From contig CAZRLL010000003.1 in NCBI GenBank assembly GCA_964600735.1, positions 20,544 through 84,543 of the forward strand: a DNA stretch of 64,000 bases, given 5' to 3'. The notes under the pieces were generated by a model that searched no databases, was not told where the DNA came from, and saw only the letters and a list, made by a program, of their open reading frames with translations. Positions 18,700 to 27,693 of this stretch are shown here, in pieces. Origin of the DNA: an uncultured archaeon. GTDB lineage: Archaea; Asgardarchaeota; Heimdallarchaeia; Heimdallarchaeales; Kariarchaeaceae. Each line of letters begins with the position of its first letter. Position 1 is the first letter of the stretch. The translations under genes were made by a program, and so were the position numbers.

Positions 18700-20859
18700 T
18701 TAAAAATTAATCCTTTCACTGTTGTAATTCGATTTAATTCTTCTTAAAATATAGATAGATGACCCTGAGATAATAGTAGTAAGTACAATCAATATAATTC
18801 TAGATATTTCATTTGTTTTGTTGTTTCTAGAGGTATTATTGGACATTAAATTACTATCAATTAAATTTTCATTTTGTTTAACCCAAATAGGTATGGAAAT
18901 CATTATGGAATAAGAAAAAATATTATTTCCAAGAATTATTGTAAACTCATAGTCAGGACTACTAATGCTGTTCCAATCGCTCATATTTAGCAAAATATTA
19001 AAGGAGTTAATCCCAATTTTCCTACTTATATTAATTTCTTCCCCCGTGAGGGAGAAATAAGAAGAAACAGTCCATCTGTCAAATTCATCTATAATTACAT
19101 TTATTATTGCACTTGTTTGGGTATCTCGATTAACGTTGATAGATAGGGTTGGATGAAATTCTTGTACAATTATTTTCAATATTAATTCTACTGGTACAAA
19201 ACCTGTTTTTGTCGCTGTAACAAAAAGTGAATAATTACCTGTTTTAAATTCCCCGGGTTCAAAAATCATTCCCCAAGAATCATCTATTGATCTCAAATTA
19301 CCTCCATAATTTGAAATAATTTTTGTTGCTTTGATGATATTATTTGATGTAGTATTCTTTATATAAATCGGGTATATTGTTTTGATACCTGGACGAAGTG
19401 TTAAAGTATCATTTGAAGCCAATTTTGTAGGTGACAAGCTTAGTTTTTGTTGGATACTTGAAAAATACCCGTTTTTATACCAAAGAAAAAGATAAAAAAC
19501 TCCTTTTGACCAATTTGATGGAACAAGGACATTTCCAGAATTTATTGATGTATTTGCTGAAATTATTATTGTAAAATCAGGATTTGATATGAATGCTCCA
19601 GAAATGGGATCGTCTTGATTAAAATCGAAATTCAACAATTTTCCTTGGTAGTATTCTCCAATATTTATTCCTGTAGCTGGAATTTCCACAAATTTTGCTT
19701 TAAAAACTAATACTACACTTACATTATCTTGCAAATAAACCTGATTGGATGTTTCATTTCTAATCAATTTATTTGGTAATGTACTATCAATGTTGATTTC
19801 AGTAAATGCATCAGGCAATTGTAAATCATAACTATAATTTCTTGGATAGTCAGAAAAGTTTAGTGAGGCGTGAAATTTTAAATTCCCTTTTTCTAGATCT
19901 AGATGTGCAATCAGTACTTTTTTATCCCTAAAGGTTCTTCTGATTGATATATTTGCTGAAGTATTATTTACTAATCTAATTTCGGTCGAAACATCACTCG
20001 GTATTGAAATTACTTGAGAGTGGTTCGTAGTGAATATCTTATCCAGCGCCGTAAAATTAATTGTTTTTGGTATAGTTAAGATGGAAAATGAAGAAAATCT
20101 AAGTAAAAAATTGTATTGTCTTGTTAAATATACACTCCATTCAATCGTCCTTAATACTGAAGGCACGCTGGTATTGCTTAAACTTGCGAGTTCTGAAATT
20201 GAAGGGTTTATTTTTGATGATAGATCATTAATAATTTTTAATTGGCCCGTAGTATTGATTAAATACTGATTATATGACTCTGAAGAGGCATAGACAAAAG
20301 TTACTGCGAACGTATCAAAAGAAAACCTCAATTGAGAATAAGCAAAATCATTTTCGTTGAAAATCCAATCAATCTCATCTAATTCCAATTCAAGTACTTC
20401 ATCTCCAGATAATGCTAAAAATGGATTAAAGGTTAATCCACTACGAAATGAAGCATTCGATTTACTTATTTCAAGTAAATTATTAAAATTGTTGATTGTG
20501 AAGTCTCCTGTGGCACTTTTTTGAAGTGTTGAGATCAATTCATTTGGAAAACCAAGAATGTCTTTATTGGGGTTGGTGAAGTTAGCCAATAAATCACTAT
20601 CTTGATTTATTGAGTTAATGGGTAAAGAGGATGACGAATCTAAAAAGAATTGTTTTGACATATATGCAGAAATATTTAAATCGATTTCAGTGTGATCTTC
20701 CCAAGAATTATCATATTTTTCATAATATTTATTTTTTATAGTAGAGAGGTTATGAGGATATTTTTGATAATTTTGGATATTCCCAGAACTAGATAAACCA
20801 ACCATTGAATTAAAGTCAAGTAATAAAAATAGAATTACAAAAAAGTGGTATATCCTCAC
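18700..20859 (-). CDS. Large sequon-rich surface protein (signal peptide plus C-terminal TM anchor)
   Basis: 719 aa; N-terminal FFVILFLLLDF signal-like segment, C-terminal IILIVLTTIISGSSIYIL followed by RRIK, about two dozen N-x-S/T sequons counted by eye. Confidence 0.6.
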   Translation of the reverse strand: MRIYHFFVILFLLLDFNSMVGLSSSGNIQNYQKYPHNLSTIKNKYYEKYDNSWEDHTEIDLNISAYMSKQFFLDSSSSLPINSINQDSDLLANFTNPNKDILGFPNELISTLQKSATGDFTINNFNNLLEISKSNASFRSGLTFNPFLALSGDEVLELELDEIDWIFNENDFAYSQLRFSFDTFAVTFVYASSESYNQYLINTTGQLKIINDLSSKINPSISELASLSNTSVPSVLRTIEWSVYLTRQYNFLLRFSSFSILTIPKTINFTALDKIFTTNHSQVISIPSDVSTEIRLVNNTSANISIRRTFRDKKVLIAHLDLEKGNLKFHASLNFSDYPRNYSYDLQLPDAFTEINIDSTLPNKLIRNETSNQVYLQDNVSVVLVFKAKFVEIPATGINIGEYYQGKLLNFDFNQDDPISGAFISNPDFTIIISANTSINSGNVLVPSNWSKGVFYLFLWYKNGYFSSIQQKLSLSPTKLASNDTLTLRPGIKTIYPIYIKNTTSNNIIKATKIISNYGGNLRSIDDSWGMIFEPGEFKTGNYSLFVTATKTGFVPVELILKIIVQEFHPTLSINVNRDTQTSAIINVIIDEFDRWTVSSYFSLTGEEINISRKIGINSFNILLNMSDWNSISSPDYEFTIILGNNIFSYSIMISIPIWVKQNENLIDSNLMSNNTSRNNKTNEISRIILIVLTTIISGSSIYILRRIKSNYNSERINF

Positions 20860-20920
20860 AGCTGATTATTTTTAATTTAAAATAAAAACCAATGATTTGA
20901 AATCAATTATTTTGTAAAAG

Positions 20921-21007
20921 CGAGTATGGTGGGATTCGAACCCACGACCCCTGGCTTACTCCATGAAATTTAGGAGGCCAGTGCTCTTCCAGCTGAGCTA
21001 CATACTC
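20921..21007 (-). tRNA. tRNA-Arg(CCT) with 14-nt canonical intron
   Basis: Reverse complement folds as GAGTATG-TA-GCTC..GAGC-A-CTGGC-CTCCTA[aatttcatggagta]A-GCCAG-GGGTC-GTGGG-TTCGAAT-CCCAC-CATACTC-G; intron 20957-20970; CTCC/GGAG central helix with two 3-nt bulges. Confidence 0.88.
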
Positions 21008-21129
21008 ATTTAACATCCCGGCATATTTGAATGTTTTAAATAAATACTTATGGAAATAAGGTTTTGATATAATCATAATATCGAAAAATGACACCTTTTA
21101 CTAAAATTGATTTCTCGGTGATATATCGA

Positions 21130-21447
21130 TCATGATGCTTCTGCTGAAACAGATTCCAACAGATTTAATAAATTTGCCAACTCATTTTCCAGATCAATCC
21201 CCATCATTCCCGCAAGGGCTAGGGAAGTTACGATATTTTCGAGTATATCATCCATAATCGAATCTTTCTGTTCCGCAATAACAGCTTGATCAGTGAGCTG
21301 ATAAGCAAATTTATTCAATAAACTTTCACCAAGAGCTCTTAGGGGGGAGTTAAAATTTCCCATCATTGATGGGATTACGTTCCTTGAATTTGCTCTACTC
21401 TCAATCAGTGCTGAAAATCTTGCTTGTGTGTCAGATATATCCATCAT
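21130..21447 (-). CDS. Small all-alpha protein, possibly MazG-like NTP pyrophosphohydrolase fold
   Basis: 105 aa; C-terminal IMDDILENIVTSLALAGMMGIDLENEL resembles MazG-type helices, but the first EExxE motif is degenerate. Confidence 0.35.
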   Translation of the reverse strand: MMDISDTQARFSALIESRANSRNVIPSMMGNFNSPLRALGESLLNKFAYQLTDQAVIAEQKDSIMDDILENIVTSLALAGMMGIDLENELANLLNLLESVSAEAS

Positions 21448-21770
21448 AATATTAACCTTAGGCGGATTTTTTCTCCAATTATGATTGTGTAACTAATCAT
21501 ATATATATTCATCTATTATCTTGAAAGAATATACTTTATTGATATAGTGTAACGATTTCCTTTAAATATTCATCGATCATTTGAATATTAAATAAAGGCA
21601 ATGAAACTCTATTCTTTTTCTGATGTTCCAAAAGTTGCTAAGGAAATCATGGGGAGAGTAATTTCCTGTGGAAGTGGTGGATAAGTGGTGTATTTGCCGG
21701 TAAATGAATTATCATTACCTATTTCTCTTTAATTTTTAATCCCGGAATTGCTTTAACAATCATTTTATGA

Positions 21771-22796
21771 TTAAACATCCATGAGATTTTTTGCTATTAC
21801 CCAAGATTCTTCATCAACGGTCTTTAATTTTGCAACTGCATCTGATAACTGAATCGCAATTATTTTCGATCCACTTAATGAAGGCATCTTTCCAAAATCC
21901 CTTTTATCTGCTAATTCAATCGCCTTTAGTCCCAGTTGTGTAGATAGAACTCGGTCAAACGCTGTTGGTGGACCTCCTCTTTGAGTATGGCCTAATACGG
22001 TTGCCCTGGTAGTATATCCTGTTTTTTCCTCTATCATTTTAGCGATTTTTTTCCCTATTCCAAGTTTATCAAGCAGAATATGACCGAATTCATCTTTTTC
22101 TTGTTGTAAATCAGATTCTTTGATAACACCAAATCCTTCTGAAACTGCAACCAGTGCCCACTGATTTCCTTCAGCATATCTTTTTTTGATAATTTCACAA
22201 ATTTGCTCATTACTTATTCCAAATTCTGGAATTAATATTACATGTGCTCCCCCTGCAATACCACTATGCATAGTTAGCCATCCAGCATGTCTACCCATTA
22301 TCTCAACTACCATCACTCTATTGTGTGATTTTGCAGTAGTTTTCAAACGATCTAAAGCCTCTGTTGCAATTGTGACTGCAGTATTAAATCCAAATGTATA
22401 ATCAGTTCCATACAAATCATTATCGATGGTTTTTGGTATACCAATCATAGGTATTCCTTGACTTTGTAATATATTTGCTACACCAAGTGTATCCTCTCCC
22501 CCAATAGCGATTACACAATCCAAGGAATTAATGTGAATTGTGTTTCTTATCAAATCAGTACCATTTTCATTTTTCAGAGGATTTGTTCTTCCAGACCCCA
22601 AAATAGTTCCCCCTAAATCAATTTTATCAATGATGTCATCAGGAATTGAAATTGTTGTGTTTTCCATTAATCCTTTCCAACCATTACTAAAACCTATCAA
22701 TTCATAATTTAATATCTTGCACTTTATGAATGCTGCTCGAATTACTGCATTCATGCCGGGTGTATCCCCACCACTAGTTAGAATACCAATCTTCAT
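21771..22796 (-). CDS. pfp: 6-phosphofructokinase, PfkA family, with PPi-dependent residue signature
   Basis: 341 aa; GILTSGGDTPGMNA, IGGEDT, IPKTIDNDL, MGRHAGW. Confidence 0.9.
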   Translation of the reverse strand: MKIGILTSGGDTPGMNAVIRAAFIKCKILNYELIGFSNGWKGLMENTTISIPDDIIDKIDLGGTILGSGRTNPLKNENGTDLIRNTIHINSLDCVIAIGGEDTLGVANILQSQGIPMIGIPKTIDNDLYGTDYTFGFNTAVTIATEALDRLKTTAKSHNRVMVVEIMGRHAGWLTMHSGIAGGAHVILIPEFGISNEQICEIIKKRYAEGNQWALVAVSEGFGVIKESDLQQEKDEFGHILLDKLGIGKKIAKMIEEKTGYTTRATVLGHTQRGGPPTAFDRVLSTQLGLKAIELADKRDFGKMPSLSGSKIIAIQLSDAVAKLKTVDEESWVIAKNLMDV

Positions 22797-22991
22797 TACA
22801 TGGTAGATTTAATTTATTTTCAGTAAGGTTTCTATTTCGCATCTCGGTTTTGAATGGAATTATCGCAATTTTTGAAATTTGAAGCATTTTTTAAAGAGAA
22901 AGTCATTATTGATTGTATTTTTTGCGGTAAAAATGAGAAAAATATGTTAGTTACTTCAAATAAATTTACATTAAAATTAATTTAATCTGAA

Positions 22992-23855
22992 ATGATGTCA
23001 AGAGAGATCAAAGCTGTTTTAGTATTGGGATTTGGAACTATGGGCACTGGAATTGCGCAAGTTGCTGCATCTGTAGGGTATGAAGTAAAGGTGTTTGATT
23101 TAACTCCTCAAATCATTGAACAGGGTATTGAAAAAATCAGGAAAAATCTTAGTAGAGGATTATCTAAAGGGACAATTAATGATGACGAAATTTCTCAAAT
23201 AATCAATAGAATAAAGGGTCATGTTAACCTAGAACAAGCGATCAAAAATATCGATTTTGTGATTGAAGCAGTATCGGAGGAAATTACAATTAAAATCGAT
23301 TTATTTTCTAAACTAAATGAATTATTACCGGAAGATGTAGTAATTGCCTCGAATACATCGATTATTTCAGTCTCGTTGCTAGGAGAAGGCTCAAAAAGGG
23401 CAGATAGATTTATCGGGATGCATTTTTTCAATCCTCCACCACTGATGAATCTGATTGAATTAACGACTAGCAATCAAACAAGTGAGGAAACCTTAGAAAT
23501 CGCAATAACCGTGGCTAAAAAGATAGGAAAAGAGACAATTATACTGAAAGATAGTCCTGGCTTTATTGTTAATAGATTTTTAGTTCCAATGTTAAATGAA
23601 GCGATTTTTTTGCTTCAAGAGGGGATAGCAACTGTCGAAACCATAGACAAAGGGGCTCGTCTAGGACTTCTCCATAAAGTTGGTCCTTTTCAAGTAATGG
23701 ATTTGATTGGTCTTGATACCTATTTATTCATGGCAGAAAGACTTTACGAGGCTTTTCAGGATTCCAAATACCGAGTTCCACAACTGCTAAGACAGATGGT
23801 GGCTGCTGGTAAACTTGGTCGAAAAAACGGAGAGGGATTTTATTCTTACAAATAA
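22992..23855 (+). CDS. hbd: 3-hydroxybutyryl-CoA / 3-hydroxyacyl-CoA dehydrogenase
   Basis: 287 aa; Rossmann VLGFGTMGTGIAQVAA, NTSIISV, GMHFFNPPPLMNLIEL. Confidence 0.9.
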   Translation: MMSREIKAVLVLGFGTMGTGIAQVAASVGYEVKVFDLTPQIIEQGIEKIRKNLSRGLSKGTINDDEISQIINRIKGHVNLEQAIKNIDFVIEAVSEEITIKIDLFSKLNELLPEDVVIASNTSIISVSLLGEGSKRADRFIGMHFFNPPPLMNLIELTTSNQTSEETLEIAITVAKKIGKETIILKDSPGFIVNRFLVPMLNEAIFLLQEGIATVETIDKGARLGLLHKVGPFQVMDLIGLDTYLFMAERLYEAFQDSKYRVPQLLRQMVAAGKLGRKNGEGFYSYK

Positions 23856-23930
23856 GAGAAATCTAAATATGAAGAATTATTTAATTTACTAAAATCGGTT
23901 TTTATCATTTTGTGTGTATATTAATCAGAT

Positions 23931-23962
23931 AAAAAAAAGCTCCTATACAACATGATAGGAGC
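23931..23962 (-). terminator. Hairpin plus T8 downstream of the 23S processing stem
   Basis: Minus strand reads GCTCCTAT-catgttgt-ATAGGAGC followed by TTTTTTTT (8-bp perfect stem 23939-23946/23955-23962, T-run 23931-23938). Confidence 0.4.
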
Positions 23963-23968
23963 TCTCAT

Positions 23969-24022
23969 TTCACACATGATAAACCACTATTATTATTTTT
24001 TATTAATGAATATTCTTCTTCC
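23969..24022 (-). other. 3' flank of pre-23S rRNA processing helix
   Basis: 23969-23997 is complementary to 27671-27693 (14-bp plus 6-bp blocks around an asymmetric bulge); 24010-24022 is complementary to 27629-27641 (13 bp). Confidence 0.65.
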
Positions 24023-24089
24023 TTTCATATTAGACTGTTTCTGACGTTCTCGAATATTGTTCTAGGTATTACCTCGCTAGAACTTTTAA

Positions 24090-27000
24090 TACGAAACGCC
24101 TTGAGCGTAAGTGATCGTGGGCTAAACATTTCGCCGGAGCTCAACGCGCACACCCCGATTCTTTCTAACGGATCTTCTTTCCGTGCTCTCGTCCAGAATA
24201 GAACTTGGTAATCGTCACCGATCCCCAAGAGATAGGAGATTTTATTAATTAAATTAATTTATCTCTAATCTGCTATTCCAGAATGGGTTACTCTTTTTAA
24301 GGACAGCTTCGAGCTTAGATGCATTCAGCTCTTATCTGTAATGGCGTAGCTACCGGGCGATACCTTGTCAGATAACCCGTACACCAGAGGCCACATCAGC
24401 TCGTTCCTCTCGTACTGAAGCCAATTTACTTGCAATAACCCAACAGCCCAGTTAGATAGAAACCAACCTGTCTCACAACGGTCTGAACCCAGCTCACGTT
24501 CCCTATTAACGGGCGAACAACCCTACTCTAGGTGTCTTATGCAACACCAAGCGAGGAAGAGCCGACATCGAGGAAGCAAGCCGCGGGGTCAATATGTCCC
24601 ATTCGAGTCGCAACTCGAAGTGGAATAATCACCGTCATTGAATAATCATAATGCTGGGTATTCAACTTATGCGTTTACATCTGTCGGGTACTTCTCTTCT
24701 CGGGTCAATTGTTTAAGAGAACCTTACCTTGGTCCAACCATCAGCAAGATCATCGAATTTTTTCAAATCCTACTGCTGTGTGAATGTTAGGTTAGATATT
24801 CCTCTTCCCAAAATGACTTTGGAGAAGTTAAGTTATACCCGAAGTGATGTGTATATTACACATAAGCTTTACTACGTTTTTTTGGTGGAAAAGATCTTAC
24901 TAGAAGATCCTCGACAACAAAACAGATTTTAATGAAAAGTTAGAGGTAAAATGACTAAACCACTTATCATGTAAAAAATTACATGAATGTGTGAACTTTA
25001 GCCCGCGACAACTCTGTTACCCCTGAGGTAACTTTTCTGCCACCACCCACGCCAACTAAAAGCAATTGGATGGATCGCTAGGCCCTAGTTTCCTAACAGC
25101 GAGCATTATTGGAGTGCTCACAGTAAAGCCGACTTATGCCCTTGCACTCTACGGAGGATTTCTGTCCCTCCTGAGTCGACCTTTGGGCGCCTCTGTTTCC
25201 TTATCGGAGGCGTGCCGCCCCAGCCAAACTGTCCACCACCAGGTGTCCCCGTCGCAACGGGTGAGCCTAACCAATCTTCGAAGTTAGTGTTCCATTGTTG
25301 ACTCCACAGTACCCGGGGATACTGCTTCAAAGTCTCCTAACTACGCTCTGTACGAAAATCGAATAAACAACTGGAAGCTACAGTAAAGCTCTCAGGGTCT
25401 TCTCTTCCCAACTGGGCAATCCGGTCTGTTCGCCGGATCGCAGGTTCACTGGATTCTAGGCAGGGACAGTGGCAACCTCGTTGGTCCCTTCATGGACGTC
25501 GGTAATTATCCGACAAGGCATTTGCCTACCTTAAGAGAGTCATGGTTACTCCCGCTGTTAACCAGAGCTTAGCCCGGTTGAACCCGGATTTGACTTACTG
25601 GCACGGAGCAGGATTCACAAACTATACAAAGCTTTTCAGCGTAGCAGTTTGCTATGTTTTTGTTAAACAGTCGGGTTGCCTATGTTAGTGACACCTTCGC
25701 ACGCGTTAACATGTAAAGGCAGCGATTATCCCTAAGTTACTCGCCTAATTTGCCGAATTCCCTTGCCTACATTACTCCAAAAGATCTTAGCGTTCTACGC
25801 CTAAGGACACCCGTGTCGGTTTAGGTACGGACGCGCAGTATTAGAAGAAATCATTTTCATGGGCTTTTGGAAATCAACTTTACCTACCACTATTGGTGGG
25901 CCATTCGTAGTTTTATCCGGTTCTCAGCGCAACGCTACTCCCCGGATTTATGTACTTAGTCTGGACGACGATCCAGAAAAGCCTATCCGCAAGCGTCTGA
26001 TTCCTTCCTATTGTTGCCAACTTTCATGCGCGGTACGGGAATATGAACCCGTTTCCCTTTCGTCATAATCATATTAAGACTAGACTTAGGACCGACTTAC
26101 CCTGGGCCGATTGACGTTGCCCAGGAACCCTTGCCTTTTCGATCTATACGGTTCTCACGTATACTTCTGCCTACTACTACCAGGATCTGCACATCAGCAA
26201 GGTCCACAGGTTATCACCAACCTGCTTCACCCCTAACTGATCGAAAGTCTACCGGATCATACCTTGCGGTATGCCTTTGGGTATCGGGAGTCAGTTTTAG
26301 TCCCGTCCATTTTCAGGGCCGTAACGCTCGATGGTTAAACTAGTACGTACTTTTTAATGGATAGCTGTTTCTAAGCTTACCATGCCATTGTCTTAGCGAT
26401 ACGACGCCCTTCATTTTTACACTTAACTGACATTTAGGGCCCTTAACCCAAATCTAGCTTATTCGCTTCGCGGCGATCACCCTTACGGCGACCCGCCCGA
26501 CTGCAGGGGTCTACATAGATCTGACATTCGGAGTTAGATGATGTGGTGAGGATTTCACTCCCCATTCCGACATTGTCTGTACTCTACCTTCAGATCCTAT
26601 TCGCCCAACGCTGGACTGCGGCTCCACTTTGACTTTAATGTGCTATCAGGAGACTCGATTAGCCTTTGACTCCTAAACGCAGCTCAGAGGATCGAGTTGC
26701 ATATCAGAACCCCTTCGGTCCTCCACCGCGGTTTCCCGCGGCTTCAACCTGGCCACGCTTAGATCGTCTCCTTTCGCATCTTATCCGAGTGATTTCACGC
26801 CCTTTCAGACGTCGTCCCTCACATGCAAGCATGTTGCGGACTGATTGGTTTCCCTAAGACTTAGATATCACCTTGGTCTCACCACTCAGATAAACTCCCT
26901 GGCCAGTGTTTCAAGACTGACGTAATGACGCCGGTAAACTGAATTCCCGTTCGATCGTCACCAATCTTAGGTTCATTCAGTCTCTTTCCTTTCACGCCAT

Positions 27001-27572
27001 TACACACTTTAAGCACATAATTTCAAGCTCTTTTCACTGCGTTTTACCGCTACTTTTCACCTTTTACTCACGTTACTAGTTCTCTATCGGTCTGAGATTA
27101 ATATTTAGGTTTTCGAATTAGTTCTCGAAGTTTGGACGCAATTCCCAATGCGCCCTAGTCTGGGTTACAAAACTCATAGCAGCAGACTCACACCTACGGG
27201 GCTATCACCCTCTATGGCCCCCTTTTCCAAAGGAGTTCGGTTTATGTCTGGTAAGCGTTGGTTTTGACCCACAACACCACATCTATAATTTTTTTCAAAA
27301 TAATATTCGGTTTGACCTGTTTCCTGTTTACTCGCCGTTACTAAGGAAATCGCGATTGCTTTCTTTTCCTCCACCTACTTGAATGCTTTCGTTCGGTGGG
27401 TTCCCTTCCTCTAATGAGGATCTATATGCTTCTTGGACATATAGAAGAATCTTATTCGGGCATCTTAGGATCGAAGGCTGCCTGCGCCTACCCTAAGCTT
27501 ATCGCAGCTTGCCACGCCCTTCATCGGTTTCTCAGCCAAGGTATCCATTATGTGCTGTTTGGCAGAATCGTA
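24090..27572 (-). rRNA. rrl: 23S (LSU) rRNA, ends approximate (within about 20 nt), interrupted by a ~397-nt insertion
   Basis: Minus strand contains universal LSU blocks: GGATACCTTGGC...GATGAAGGGCGTGGCAAGCTGCGATAAGC near the 5' end, GACTGTTTAACAAAAACATAG, GGGGTAACAGAG, CCTCGATGTCGGCTC, GTTCAGACCGTTGTGAGACAGGTTGG, AGTACGAGAGGAAC, GCTGAATGCATCTAAGC. Confidence 0.95.
24595..24991 (-). other. Intervening sequence (probable intron) in the 23S rRNA helix-89 loop, no ORF
   Basis: The conserved loop ...GCGGGC-TAAAG-TTCA / TATTGAC-CCCGCGG... is split by 397 nt of AT-rich non-rRNA sequence; junction ambiguous by 2 nt because CA is repeated. Confidence 0.7.
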
Positions 27573-27628
27573 CTACTGGGTTCTTTTGAGGTAATATTAC
27601 CCACAATATTTGGAACACAGTTGACAGG

Positions 27629-27693
27629 GAAGAAGAATATCAATTATTATTGTGATACAATTCACATATAAATAATAATAGTGGATATGTGAA
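27629..27693 (-). other. 5' flank of pre-23S rRNA processing helix
   Basis: Complementary to 23969-24022, see partner feature. Confidence 0.65.

Noticed and set aside
20903-21094. 63-aa minus-strand ORF
   Set aside because: It is made largely of the tRNA-Arg(CCT) gene sequence (20921-21007).
23856-24089. Search for a 5S rRNA gene downstream of the 23S gene
   Set aside because: The sequence is accounted for by the processing-stem flank and a terminator hairpin. There are no 5S-like conserved blocks.
24595-24991. Group I intron, or a homing-endonuclease-bearing intron, as the explanation for the 23S insertion
   Set aside because: No junction register gives both a 5' exon ending in U and an intron ending in G. 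No ORF long enough for a LAGLIDADG enzyme exists on the rRNA strand. The +strand 67-aa ORF (24729-24932) is antisense.
24025-27671. Nine ORFs of 63-91 aa in the supplied track: 24025-24228, 24729-24932, 25066-25287, 25118-25330, 25859-26068, 26131-26343, 26666-26857, 27174-27374 and 27396-27671
   Set aside because: All lie inside the 23S rRNA gene or its insertion, on either strand. They are GC-rich rRNA sequence read as protein and have no coding support.
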